Under the pieces are notes generated by a model. That model ran no database searches and was not told the DNA's origin. It worked only from the letters and a program-made list of their open reading frames with translations. Positions 50,399 to 64,000 of a stretch of DNA of 64,000 nt are shown one piece after another. Both the position numbers and the translations under genes were made by a program. How positions within the stretch are numbered: position 1 is the first letter of the stretch; each line of letters opens with the position of its first letter. Origin of the DNA: Octopus vulgaris (lineage: Eukaryota); the NCBI GenBank assembly GCA_951406725.2, contig OX597814.1:57350001-57414000 (forward strand). Reading direction: 5' to 3'.

Positions 50399-50979
50399 GT
50401 GAGTAGTCTTTTTGTTTTCTTACTTAACTCTTTTCTTACCATATTCCTGTTTGAAATACTCTGAGTTTGTTACCATTAATTTTTAAAACAAAAGTGAATT
50501 TAGTAAAATAACTATTGTAATATTGACAAATAGTTTCTTAATAAACATATCCCAGTGTTTCAGTTTCTGTAGAACATTTAGGAATATAAAATTAATGCTG
50601 TTTAAGATGCTATCAAATTTTTTTTAGTTCATTCAAGAATATACTGTATAGTATTCTTGAATTAATATTAAATTTCTGTGAAATATAAACAAGAAACAAA
50701 AAGCGAAATATATAAAGGCAAAAATGGAACATTAGAATATGATATAAATTCACTCAATAGAATCAATAGTCCAAATATTTTGCTAAAGATTTATTTACCA
50801 AGCTATGTGATGAAGTGGTTTGCTTCATAATCATGTGATTTCAGGTTTGATCCCCTAACTTAACAATTGCTGCATGTGTCCAGTGTTGGGCAAATAAAGC
50901 TCTGGCAGAGCTAGTGCTTCATTTGACAGGCTGCAGGAGAGGCTCTGGAAGACATAGACATGTTTCTATATGGGTCTTG

Positions 50980-51450
50980 TGTAAGATATACCTGTCTATC
51001 ATGCTTTCTTCCATGCTGTATGGAGCTGAAACCTGGACAGTCTATAAAACTCAAGTAGACGAGTTACATTATATGATAAGACAGCTGTGACAAATTGTGA
51101 ATATTATTGTGTTTGACAAGATCAGGAATGAAGAGATCTTCTGTGCTGGTCTCCCTTCTATGATGGAAATCTTTGTTGATAGAAATTTATGTTGGTTGGG
51201 ACTCGTACACAGGATGGACTACAGCAGATTTCCCCAAACAACTCCTTTACTCTTGACTATGATGAGGGAAAAAAAAAACTTTCGAAGACCTGGACTGAGT
51301 ATCAAAGATACTGCAAAATGGATTATAAAGTGGAAAGGAATTGAATCATAATAAATGGTAAACTCATGCAAAAAAACCAACCTGTTTGGAGAAAGTTGAT
51401 CAAGTCATGCCAAAGCCATGAACAGTCATAGTCATGATGACTGACTATAG
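50980..51450 (+). mobile_element. Decayed RTE-clade LINE 3' fragment
   Basis: LYGAETWTVYK...DKIRNEEI...WLGLVHRMD. Confidence 0.7.
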
Positions 51451-51626
51451 GAGAGATGCAGATGACCTGTGGTGTTTCTCCAATGCTGGGAAAGCTACTT
51501 TTGCCATTGAAATTTCTTTCTTTCTAAGAAGCTGTCAGTGCAGCTTCAGCTTGGAACCCTGAATTTTTCCATTACCTGTAGTTCTCTGTTGAGGGTAGAT
51601 CATTTTCACATTCACGCATCAATATA

Positions 51627-51858
51627 TATTTCTTTATTGCCCACAAGGGGCTAAACATAGAGGGGACAAGCAAGGACTGACAAATGGATTAAGTCGATTA
51701 CATCGACCCCAGTGCGTAACTGGTACTTAATTTATCGACCTCGAAAGGATGAAAGGCAAAGTCGACCTCGGCGGAATTTGAACTCACAACGTAACGACAG
51801 ACGAAATACGGCTACGCACTTCGCCCGGCGTGCTAACGTTTCTGCCAGCTTGCCGCCT
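51627..51858 (-). mobile_element. SINE family A, young copy (older copy at 52112-52250)
   Basis: Near-identical to 30333-30548; minus 5' end ggcggcaagctggcagaaacgttagc..gagttcaaattcc. Confidence 0.9.
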
Positions 51859-52502
51859 TTATATTCATTAATATATGTATATATAAGACCCATATTTAGC
51901 AGTTAGATATAAAAAGGATTCTGTCGTCATGTAACTTTATTCAAAGTTATGGTAATTTCAGAAGGCTAGAGGGACTGTGTCCTCTAACTGTTTAGCCAAG
52001 CTTAGAAATGTGTATGTTGAAACAATGATATATGATGATATATGTTTGTTATGAAGTGATATCAATATAAAAATGGTAATTTAAATACAAGCATTCTAAT
52101 ATACTTTCTACTTGACTGGTACTTAATTTATTGACCCTGAAAGGATGAAAAGCAAAGTCAACCTTGGCAGAATTTGAACTCAGAACATAGCGGCATACAA
52201 AATATCGCTAGGCACTTTTCCTAGCATGCTAACGATTCTGCTAGCTTGCTATCTAACAAGCATCCTAATATAGGTAGACTTAACTGAGTTGTGAGGATTA
52301 AGCAATTTACTAAGATTAAGGTGTTGGACACGTGCGCATGAGTTCAAGCTGTTGAGTTGTGGACTAATTTATGGTTTTAATGGATTGATTTTTCTTCAGG
52401 GGTGGGTGGGGGTCTGTTTTTTTTATAGATATGAATGCTAAATGACTGCTGTTGTTGCTTCGTCATTTAACTGAAATTTCTATTTGTGTTTTTTCTCTGT
52501 AG

Positions 52503-52907
52503 GAAACCAGTTGGAGAACTTGGTGTCAGCTTGAGTCCTAATGTCACCAGTGGTGTTCCAGTTGTATCATCAACATCTCAGTCGTCGGCTTCAGTTGTTC
52601 AGGCTCCTGTTTTGGTAGGATCTACAAGTAGTGCTACTTCTCAAGTTCATAATACAGGCCCTCCGTCTGCAATTCAGCAAGCTATTCAAGCAACATTGGC
52701 TTCTATTGAACTTCCTCCACAACCATCTGTTGTCCTTCAGCAACAAGTCCAACAACATCAACAGTCTGCCACACAGCAAGCACAGTCAGCTGTAAGTAGT
52801 TCATCAACTGTTACATCTGCAGGATCTGTGACTCCTGTTCCACAGAAACAAACTCCAACTCAAGTTGTTATCGATGGCAATAAGACAGACTCATCATCAA
52901 ACAGCAG
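52503..52907 (+). CDS. PRPF40: PRPF40 exon 9, S/Q/T-rich linker
   Basis: ORF 52486..52911; ctgtag / gtaaat; 405 nt, phase 2/2. Confidence 0.88.
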
Positions 52908-53193
52908 GTAAATTGCATGATTTTTCTTTTCTTGCTTTCTTTTTTTGTTACTCCTTTCATTGGTTTACCTCTTTCTACCATATTTTATTTATTTTTCTAC
53001 TTTGTTGTACAGCTTATATTTTAAAAGCTATGGTTAAGATTCTGGACTATTTAAAATTTTATTGTAAATCCAGGTGTGTTATCTTTCCTAAACTGAATTA
53101 CACAAACTGCATAGATGAATAGATATTAATATGAAGGTCTGTTAGTATACAAGTCATATAATTTTGTATTATATAAATTAACAAACTAAAGTA

Positions 53194-55222
53194 CTGCCAA
53201 CAGCAACACACACATTCGACGGCTATCGCACTGCTTGAATCTAAAAAATATAACCTCCAACAATGCATGAAGACCCTCATCAATAACCAAAGATCAGCTG
53301 AGGAGAAGTGGGCCATTGAAAAAATCAAACTCAACCCCAAAGTGTTCTTTTCATTTGCGAGGAAACGCAGGGTCACTGTCTCCACTGTAGGCCCTCTAAT
53401 TGACGAAACTGGCACTCTCCAAGATAATGCCAAATCCATGGCCGAGATACTGCAGAAACAATACTGCTCTGTTTTCAGCAATCCTGATATGGCCGATCTG
53501 GGCTGTATCAGTGATGTCAACCCCCAACACACTATATCGGACATAACGTTTAGTGCCCCTGATGTGTTAGCGGCGATAAACGAAATAAAACACAATTCAG
53601 CAGTAGGCCCCGATAGGTTCCCTGCTTGTGTCCTGAAGGTGTGTCGACACCAACTTGCATCTCCCCTTGCTAATCTGTGGAGAAACTCACTGGATGCTGG
53701 CTATATTCCAAAAAACCTTCTGTCCCAGTCTGTTGTCCCAGTTTTCAAAAAGGGAAAAGTCCCTTGCAGTGAATTACCGTCCGATCTCACTCACCTCTCA
53801 TATCATCAAGGTATTTGAGAGGGTGGTGAGATCTCGAATAACCCAATTTCTGGAAAGCAACAGACGGCTGATCTCCAACCAACATGGGTTCCGTAATGGA
53901 AGGGACTGCCTAACGCAGCTCCTGCATCACTTTGAGGACATTTTGAGAGCTTTGGGAGAGGGCTCCAACACCGATGTCATCTACCTTGATTTCAGTAAGG
54001 CCTTCGACAGGGTCGATCACAAGATCCTATTGAAAAAACTATCCAACATTGGTGTCTCTGGAAAGTTACTGAAATGGATCAAGTGTTTCCTGACAGACAG
54101 ATCTCAACATGTTGTAGTTGAAGGGGTAAAATCAAGCCCAGCCAAAGTCAGTAGTGGCGTTCTGCAAGGCACTGTGCTGGGCCCACTTCTTTTCATCATT
54201 TACATTAATGATATTAATGACATCATCAAGCACAGCAACATAAAAATCTTTGCAGATGACTCCAAGCTACAGAAGGTCATAAATGAGGCGAGTGACCGGA
54301 CATGCCTTCAGTCAGATCTACTGGCTGTTATCCAATGGGCAGAAAAAAACAATATGCTGCTGAACGAGGATAAATTTGAGCTAATCCACTTTGGAAAAGA
54401 GGATGCCCTGAAACTCCCATACTCCCTTCCTTCAGGTGAAACTCTCGCGGCGTCCAACAACATCAGAGACTTGGGAGTAATTGTGGACAACAACATAAGC
54501 TGGGCCACTCATATAAACACCAAAGTTGACATGGCCCGCAGAATGTGTTCCTGGATTCTCAGAACTTTCTAGTCGAGAGATATCCACACCATTATCCTTC
54601 TCTTCTCCACTTTTGCCCGACCCCACCTTGAATACTGTTGTCCACTGTGGTCTCCCCACACAATACAAGGTATCATAAAAGTTGAAGCACCTCAAAGGGC
54701 AATCACAAAAAAGATAGATGGCATGACAGGCCTCGACTATTGGGGTCGACTAGAAAAGCTAAAACTCTATTCTCTTCAACGTCGTCGTGAGTGCTACATC
54801 ATCTGCATGATGTGGAAAATATTCCATCAGCATTGCCCAAATGATGTTGGCATCACCTTCAAGGTACATCCAAGGCTTGGGCCCCGTGCCATCCGCCCAA
54901 AACAAAAATCGCACTCTCATCTCATAACAACAATACGGCACAATTATTTCACCTCAATTGGCCCCGCTCTCTTTAACATTACACCAAAACACATTAAAAC
55001 AGAAACTGACCCTATAGGGTTCAAGAAGTCTTTGGACAGATTCCTTCAAGAAATCCCGGATAAACCCCCTACACCCGGATATGTCTCTGTAAACAATAAC
55101 TCTCTACTTGAGTGGGCCATAGTGCCCAAATTCTGACTTGAAAGACTTCACCAGGTGGTGCTATTAAGTTAGACATGGCCTGGGCCAATAATGGCCGAAA
55201 CCTATCAAAGTATCAAAGTAAG
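53194..55222 (+). mobile_element. 5'-truncated CR1/L2-group LINE in PRPF40 intron 9
   Basis: ORFs 53267..53818, 53655..54572 and 54723..55136: NYRPISLTS, NQHGFR, YLDFSKAFD, QGTVLGPLLF, FADD, RDLGV; one frameshift near 53755, one stop at 54570; tail (tatcaaag)n. Confidence 0.95.
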
Positions 55223-56080
55223 TATCCATTATCTTTTTGTGTGTATACATGTGGTGTATATATATAAGTTTTGCGTGCGCATTCTCTCTCTCTCTCCCAC
55301 TATATATCATCATCATCATTGTTTAATGTCCGCTTTCAATGCTAGCATGGGTTGGACGATTTTGACTGAGGGCTGGCGAACCAGATGGCTGCACCTGATT
55401 TGGCAGAGTTTCTGCAGCTGGATGCCCTTCCGTATGATATTTTACACCTGTTTTCGATGCTGGCATCTATCCACTTCAAGGGTTATGTTACCCTGGATGT
55501 ATGGAGACAACATAGAGCACTGAAAATCCTAATCCAAACAATATGACAAATGCCAGTACTATGATAAAGTGCATTGATTACACCTTGTGAAATGTTGGAT
55601 AAATGAACTACAGCAATAATCTAAAGCCTCAAAACAATTTTTGTGAATATCTGTTTAGTAATCCCTCTACTATTGCAGGTGTTACATTCCAAAACCTCCG
55701 ACAGAAATAATTAAAATCTATAAAAATATACCTATCGGCTGCAGAAACCTGCGCTATAAATTTACATATATTAGCCAGAAAAATCTGCAATGTACTGAAT
55801 GCTTGATAGGTGAACCATGATGATATGGTAAGGGACTACTGTATTTAATGTAGGGATCTATATTAATTCAGTTAAATATTTGAAATATGATTATAAAAGG
55901 TTTCATGGCCCATGGAAATTTTGACTTAAATTTTAATAAGACATTTTCAAAACTGGATGTTTGTTAGTATTGTATTCATTTCTTTGCCTTCAATTATTTT
56001 GAGCACTAGTAATTATCTGTCTAACTTTTGTTTGTTGAAAGCCACCATATTTTTTTAATATTGTCATTCCTCTTTTGTAG

Positions 56081-56180
56081 CAGCGAAGGTGAAGATGATG
56101 AGAAAAATGAGAGAAAAGAATATATTTTCCGGAACAAAAAAGAAGCTATTGAAGCATTTAAAACTCTCCTACGAGAAAGG
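56081..56180 (+). CDS. PRPF40: PRPF40 exon 10, start of FF1 (SEGEDDEKNERKEYIFRNKKEAIEAFKTLLRER)
   Basis: ORF 56028..56240 peptide; tgtag / gtattt; phase 2/0. Confidence 0.92.
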
Positions 56181-56214
56181 GTATTTACTCCTTTTTTTTT
56201 AATTTTTTTTTTTA

Positions 56215-56585
56215 CTCTTTTATTTGTTTCAGTCATTTGACTGTGGCCATGCTGGAGCACCGCCTTTAGTCGAGCAAATCGACCCCAGGACTTATTCTTT
56301 GTAAGTCTAGTACTTATTCTATCGGTCTCTTTTGCCGAACCGCTAAGTGACGGGGACGTAAACACACCAGCATCGGTTGTCAAGCAAGACACACACACAC
56401 ACAATTATATATATACATATATACGACAGGCTTCTTTCAGTTTCCGTCTACCAAATCCACTCACAAGGCATTGGTCGGCCCGGGGCTATAGCAGAAGACA
56501 CTTGCCCAAGATGCCACGCAGTGGGACTGAACCCGGAACCATGTGGTTGGTTAGCAAGCTACTTACCACACAGCCACTCCTGCGT
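56215..56585 (-). mobile_element. Full-length young CORE-type SINE family B just downstream of the exon 10 donor
   Basis: tRNA-like head, ggcatcttgggcaagtgtcttct core, A-rich tail; CpGs retained. Confidence 0.9.
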
Positions 56586-57958
56586 ATGTTTATGTTTAAT
56601 AAATTTCTCTCATGGATATCTTTCTAAGCTCACTATCAGGACACAAACTATGTTCTAAATTTTTTTTTTATTTGGCCTGGAGACCATATCGTCAATTACA
56701 TTACAGAGCACCTACTATTCCATCTCAAATTTGTTATTGTAATTTATGCTATTTTAACTATTATTTATCTCTACAACTTTATTTGTAAGTCATTTGGTAC
56801 CAGCAAAATTGTCAGTTCTGTTTATATTCAACATGTTGTGGTTTTCTGCTTTAGTTTGATGTTTGCACAAAGGAAAAAAAACAAAAAAAACCCACAAAAA
56901 TCGTAATTAGAAATTTGTCGCTAAAATTTGAATTAGTTTTTACTTGGTCGTTGCCAGTACAGCCAGACTGGCCCCTGTGCCGGTGGCACATAAAAAGCAC
57001 CCACTAGACTCTCGGAGTGGTTGGCGTTACGAAGGGCATCCAGCTGTAGAAACTCTGCCAAATCAAGATTGGAGCCTGGTGCAGCCATCTGGTTTGCCGG
57101 CCCTCGGTCAAAATCGTCCAACCCATGCTAGCATGGAAAGCAGATGTTAAACGATGATGATGATGATTAGCTTTAATAATTATCATTATTTATATTTTTC
57201 CTATCTAAATGAATTTGATGTATTGACTTGATAATCACTCTAATTTGAACCTTAGCCATCTGCTTTATCAATTTTTGTTTGAACCCCCACTCTCGATTTA
57301 CTGTCTTTATAAATCCAATGCGTTCTAGTTATGCAAGAAATTAGTTTTCCTTCTCCACTGTCTTAATTCTCCCTCTCCTATTCATCATTTTTATATAATG
57401 TCTCTCTTCCATGCTGGCATGGGTTGGGCTGTTTGACAGGAGCTGTCAAGCTAGAGGACTGCACCAAGCTTCACTGCCTGTTTGGCATGGTTTTTACTGT
57501 TGGATGCCCTTCATTTACAGAGTGGACTGGCTGCTTTTTATGTGGCACCAATTGTAATTCCTCAATTATAAATAACCTAAATATATCATTAGTTTATAGT
57601 TCTCTGAGATTTATGTAAAAGTGTCCTTTAATATATTTTACTTGTATATTATTTCTTTTATACATTATATTTTACTACAAGGTAAAACTTTGATTTTTAA
57701 TTTCTTTCAGTCCTGCTTAATATAATACACAACTCAAAAGTTTTCTGTTTACACATTTATTTTTTATGTTTCTTATCTAACTAGACATATCAATGTAGTT
57801 CTGTATATAAGATGACACTGTATTTAGTTATCCTAACTATATCTTAATCTAGTCTCTGTACTGGACTGAGATGGAACTAGTTTCTTTTCCATTCAAAATA
57901 ATATCACTTGAAAAGAAGTGAAATTAAAATTTTTGTTGAACCGGATGGAAAATGTTGA

Positions 57959-58261
<303 letters not shown>

Positions 58262-58309
58262 TAGAATTTTTGGCCTTTAATTCCACTGATGTATCCATTG
58301 TTATTTTAG

Positions 58310-58401
58310 GAAGAACAGCGACTTCGAACGAAACAAGCTAAAGAAGACCTGGAAAATTTTCTATTAAATAGTGACAAAATGAATTCTACTGTAAAATATT
58401 G
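58310..58401 (+). CDS. PRPF40: PRPF40 exon 12, FF2 start (EEQRLRTKQAKEDLENFLLNSDKMNSTVKY)
   Basis: ttttag / gtaaat; 92 nt, phase 0/2. Confidence 0.93.
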
Positions 58402-59260
58402 GTAAATATATTTTAGTTGTCTGATTTTCTGAGTATTTGAATTAAATTTCAAGCTCCTTGAATCATTGGTTTATCAAGTGTCACATCTTTAGACAAGAAT
58501 TATAATTTGACATCAAGTGGTCATATTCCATTCTTGAGAGAAAAATGCTGTTTACATCATCACTATCATATAAAACATTATTTTTACCTTTTTGTTTGTT
58601 TCAATACTTCATAGCATGATTTGTCTCTGAAACAAATTGCTCTCCCTTATTTGCTACCACAATAAATTAGCTAGTATACTCTCTTTTTGATGGAGTATTT
58701 AACATTCGGATGTTTATGTGTTTACTCAATTTGTATAATTAAAAATCATAGCAGCACCAAATTTTGCAGATCATAACTTTTTTTTTGTATCAAGGAAACC
58801 ATTTCCTAAAAGGATCAGAAGATTGTAAGCCTCTGATAGGTGAAGAGTTAAATATTTTCATAGCCCACATCAAAATACTTTTCTAATAAACACTTCACCA
58901 TTTATTTCCCTGTGTTTATAAAATGTCTCCTTCATGGCTCCCAATTACAAATTTATCCTCTTGCATAACAGTATTACAGTAGTATCATTATTATTGTACT
59001 ATTCTACTCTTGTTATCATTTGAACACCTTTTGTTTACTTGTATAGCAATTTGCAATCTGGCAGAGCCCAACTGTCTTAAACTATTGGTTTTAATATTTA
59101 GTATGTCAATCTGGACATTAGGTTGAGATTTAAACTCATTGATTTTTGTTGTGTTAAATAGTCTGGCTACATAATAACTGAACTAAACTTAAGCATTCAT
59201 GTATTAATGGTATACACAGTTTCATCCTTTCTAATTATTGATGCTTTTTTTTTCTCTTAG

Positions 59261-59370
59261 GAAAGCAGATAATATTTTTGGTGATTTAGATGTCTGGAAA
59301 AAATGTCTGTGATCGTGATCGACGGGAACTCTTCGAAGATGTCTTACACATGTTGGCAAAGAGAGAAAAG
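59261..59370 (+). CDS. PRPF40: PRPF40 exon 13, FF2 end (WKADNIFGDLDVWKNVCDRDRRELFEDVLHMLAKREK) with an apparent +1 A in the run at 59298-59303
   Basis: ctcttag / gttggg; 110 nt where phase requires 109; removing one A restores an FF-like reading. Confidence 0.88.
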
Positions 59371-60337
59371 GTTGGGTTTCTTAACAAGGATCTTGTTCCT
59401 CACATATGCCTCAGTGCTTTTATTTTCATAAAACATACTTTATAAGGTGCTTACATGAGGGAATTGGGTAGTACTTAATTGTTATTTTAGTAGGTTTAAA
59501 TTTTTTTACTTTTTCTGAGGCAATTGACATTTCTCAATTTATATTCTGCCACTAAACATTAAATAGATGTAATATGTGATTCGATCTAACTATATTAACC
59601 AAAGGAATATGGACAGAAATTAAGATATTATTGTATTCGTTATTAGCAAGAGAACCAGTGTTAGTTCAAATTAGCAATCCATAACTCATATTTAAAGCAT
59701 ATATACTGTTGAAAGCTTTCATCATCATCATCATTTTCATTTAGCATCTGCTTCCCATGCTGGCATGGGTTAGATGGTTCGTCTGAAACTGGTAATCTGT
59801 AGGGCTACATCAGGTTCCAATCTGATTTGGCATTGTCTCTATGGCTGGCTGCCCTTCCTAATTCCAACCACTCCAAGAGTGTAATGGATGCTTTTTATGT
59901 GCCACTGACGTGGGTGCCAGTTACATGACACCAAAACTGCAATATTTGTCTTGAGAATGCATTGCTTACAGACAAGACTATATGTCTATAAAAATTGCTT
60001 TCTTGAATGCCATAATTTACATGGCTTTCAAGAGTATTTATGCTTTAAGTATGATATGCAGCTTGTGATTGTTGGATTAAGAATATGGTACAATTCGTGT
60101 AGTCTTTGTCAACACAATAGTTCTAAATACTACCCCTGCAATTGCAAGCAAAGTTGCAAACAGTATATGCGAAAAGCAACATAGATCTTGTGTATGTATC
60201 AAAAAATGTGCAACTAAAGATACAAGTAAATTAAGTGTAAACAAGAAAATAATTGACAGCACAATAAAAATATGACTTTAAAAATGAATAAAATTTTGGG
60301 TTAACAACAAATGCATTTATTACTTCTTTTATCACAG

Positions 60338-60488
60338 GAGGAAGCCAAAGCCTTACGAAAGCGTAATATTAAAGTGTTTTCTGAAATCCTTGATAGTATG
60401 CCAAGTCTGACATACTGTACAACATGGTCAGATGCTCAACAGATGTTACTTGACAATCCCAGATTTACAGAAGATCCAGATTTACAAA
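60338..60488 (+). CDS. PRPF40: PRPF40 exon 14, FF3 (EEAKALRKRNIKVFSEILDSMPSLTYCTTWSDAQQMLLDNPRFTEDPDLQ); gene continues beyond the window
   Basis: ORF 60311..60565 peptide; tcacag / gtgagt. Confidence 0.95.
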
Positions 60489-63400
60489 GTGAGTGTTGTC
60501 TTCAAAGCAAAAGTCTATATTTGATATTATCACAATATCATATGATATCACAATATCAAATATAGTGATATTATCATGGCATGTGTTATATTGTTTTATT
60601 AGTTTTTTTTGTGCATTCCTGGTGCATTATTTCTCTTTTGTGTATTATTATTGCATAATTTAATATTTCTCATTTTCATTGTAGCTTAGATGTTTCTGAA
60701 AAGAAACATTCTCATTAAGTGTTGGAATTCCATCAAACACTCTTGGAATTTTTATTAAAGAGGTTCTCTTTAAAAACGTATGAATATGAAAATATTTATT
60801 TATAAGCAAATCAAATGTAATTTTTTAATAAATGAAAGAGGAAGATATTCTACACATTTAGGTGCAGAATCAAAACACACAAGAACATGATTTGTTTCAG
60901 CCTTTCGTTATCAATCAGACCTGCCAATCATCATAGAATACTAAAAATTCTCAGATTGTCTGCATAGTGTAATTTATATTCAAGTGAAAATTATTAGCAT
61001 AAATGTCTGTGCACTTTTCAATGTTTATACAACATTAATTTTGTCTTGTCTAAAATTTTGGGTTAATAGTTGCCAGATCCTTTTGTGAGTTCTAAATTTA
61101 GTGATATAGAATTTGAATGATTTCAAATGTAACAAGGGAAAAGTGTCAAGTATAAATCATGGTAGACTTCTGAACTGGATGTTTAAACCTTATTTGACAG
61201 CAATCACGAAAGCAATTTATAGGAAGAAAAGGGGCTGCAATCTTTGAAATATTTCTCTTTAAAAATTTGACCTAATTAATCATCATGATTCAATATCCAG
61301 TGACTATTTTACTTTTGTTTATTCCAATTCTAGTGCTTTATATAATAACTGCAAAAACTAATTGTTGCCTAAAATGTAAACAATAGAGAAAAGACAAACT
61401 GGGACAAAATTGAGATATTTTTATCATAAATACAGTTGTAGGCATTTAGTAAGCTATAATACCATATTAGATAATAATTGAAAATTGATCCTGTGTCATG
61501 TTTGATGAAGAGTGCTCTAGTTGTTTGATCACCTGAAATACTTGCTCATTGAATTATAGTGTAATTTGCTGAATATTCCACTGTCAAATGTACCCTTACT
61601 GTCATCTTGCAGCAAGAATAGGTATGACACAATGTGATGAGGTTGGTCCATTGAATTACAACTGCAGTCTGATGAGCTTGCTTGTAGTTTCCATCATCTC
61701 ACTTTCACTTACAAAGTTCGGGACAGTGTGAGGCTGTGATAGAAGACACTTACCCCAAGGTGGCACACTGCTATTAAACCTGTGATCTATGACTGCAAAG
61801 TAAACTTCTTAACTACTTGGCCATACCTGTCCCCAAAACCAGTAGTTAGTGTAAAAGTAAAATAGATTTATAGGAGTAGACTTTTGCTGAATTCTAGACA
61901 TTACTTATATAAAAAAAAAATTGTATCTATTGCATTCTAAATTCATATTGTAAAATTAAATGGTTACTCCAAAAAAAGTAAATTTAGTAATATAGTAATG
62001 AAAGATTTTAACCAAAATACCTTGATGTTTTCATAGTTGTGAAGTTTTGGAAGTAATTCTATAACATAAAACTTTGAGGATATCCTTACAATTAAAAGAT
62101 GAAAACTTGCTCTAGGTGTATTCGAAATCTAAAGATTTACAAATCAGTAAAAGTAAAATAACTCCTGCAATTTCAGCTAGGATAAAGACAATGCAGTTGG
62201 GAGTGAATCTTGTCTTAGAAAACCAACTGGTGAAAGCAAGAATGTTTCAATCGTATTAGTTTTCATTACATTATTGGAACATATTCATCTCATTTGACTG
62301 TGTTTAGAAGACACCAATAGATGGAAAATAGAGATACAAAATATGAATATTAATAATAGGGCTGAGAGAAAATATTTATCTTCAATACAGTTATGTTAGT
62401 CTCACTCTTTAAAGGTGGGATTCACTTGTAATTACACCATCATCATTTTAACAGTCACTCTTGCATGGTTGTAGAGGAATGCATTAAGGCAAACTGTCTA
62501 AAACTGGATGCCCGTCTTGTCAACCCATACCTATTTCCAAATAAGGAAATATTTCCCCATGACCAGACATGTTTTCAAGGAGGATTGGAAATGAATGCTG
62601 CTAATTGTGCAGTGGTGATACCTGTTTACATTTGTGTGATATCAAGACAGGCAGGCACATATACATGTATGCATTTATATGATGGGTTTCTTTCAGTTTC
62701 TGTCCATTCAAATCTATTCACAACACTTTGGTTGGCTTGATGCAGTAGTAGAAGACACTTGCCCAAGGTGCTCCATATGGTGTGGAAGCAAACTTTCTAA
62801 CTGCACACCCATTTATGCATCTTTATTGTTTTTATTTTCCAAAATATTTGGAATAATTGATATTAGTTATCTCCCTTGTTTTTTTTTCTTTTCTTAGTAA
62901 CCCGTTAGCATTTAGGTTAGTCTGTCAGTCATTTATTTACGTAGTTTTGAATTAATCAGGTATTATCAGTTTTGAAATTTTGATGATGTGATTGTTTATT
63001 TTTTAGAATGACATTGTAGGGTAGGTGTGAGCATCCAGATCTGGTCAGTTTGAACATAAAATGGGTAAAATATTTGGGCTAAATAGTTTTTATTACAAAC
63101 AAGAGATGTTTTTTCTAGGGTTTCATATCTTATAATTGTGTGCATAATATCTGAGTGCATATTGCATATGAATAAATATGGCTTGTGAGATGCTTCTGTA
63201 TTTATATTTAACTTGAATGCTCTCCTGGGGGTATTTTCTTTAGCTTTATTGTTGATATTAAATCAGCATCACTACCTTCCCCTCTGCCCTCAGTGTGTCC
63301 CTAGCAAACCTCTCCCTCCCTCTATCCACGTTCTTCATCCATTGTTTCTCTCCCTTCTATCTCCTGCTCTCCCTTTACACCTTTGCGAACCTACCTGCAC

Positions 63401-64000
63401 ATACTGTGTGTCTGTTGAATCTCTTTCTCTCTACCTGTGCCCACTCATTACATTTCTCCTTCCCTATCCTCTCTCACTCTCCTTTTGCAATTTCACTAAC
63501 TTACCCTCTCACTTTATCCAATTCTTGGTTCCACTTATATACACCTCCCTGTAACTTCAGTGTATGCTCCATCATGACATCCCCCTCTCTCTCTCTAAGT
63601 TAGGTAGCCATAAATCTCCTTTACTGCAAGAAACTTATTTCTAACCTTTCATCATCTGGTACAAACTCACCTCCCTCAATACTACAGCCCACTTCAGTTG
63701 AGGGGATCTTGTCTTGCAAATTACTTGATGAGCTTACTGCTGCTGATGCCACATAAAAAGCACCCAGTACACTCAGTAAAGTGGTTGGCATTAGGAATCC
63801 TGATTGAAGTGAACAGTAAAGCTTGGCACAATCTTCTGACTTGCCAGCACCTGTCAAATTGTCCAATACATGGAAGGAGGCTGTTAACCCCTTAATGGAT
63901 TATCCCGAGTTTATTCGTGCATCGCAAATGTATCTTTTTAGAACCAGACGAGTATACTCGGTCAAAATTAACTTTTAATTTTAGCACTCAAACGAATTTA

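Noticed and set aside
62170-62210. ag-GATAAAGACAATGCA as a candidate next PRPF40 exon
   Set aside because: Wrong phase, and it does not continue as the expected MDKEDAL-type FF sequence; the next exon is probably outside the window.

Overview
AT-rich, repeat-dense animal genomic DNA. The SINE, RTE and Penelope repertoire looks octopus-like, but that is inference. One host gene is present on the + strand: a Prp40/PRPF40 splicing factor with a Pro-rich N-terminus, two WW domains and FF domains. I traced 14 coding exons from 21729 to 60488, and the gene continues past the window. All splice phases are consistent except for one extra A in an A6 run in exon 13. The rest is transposon debris: a complete Ty3/Gypsy LTR element (10926-15084, - strand), a hAT/Buster pseudogene, several mariner/Tc1 relics, a deleted Helitron, RTE and CR1-like LINEs, MITEs and three SINE families. 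The strongest unannotated signal is a set of about 10 type-I hammerhead-ribozyme motifs of the Penelope-retroelement kind, 9 of them between 6 and 18.5 kb. One pair forms a 118-bp inverted repeat. One hammerhead is split by the Gypsy insertion, whose 5-bp target duplication overlaps the catalytic CUGAUGA box. The Gypsy element also retains a -1 frameshift signal (G GGA AAC plus a hairpin).
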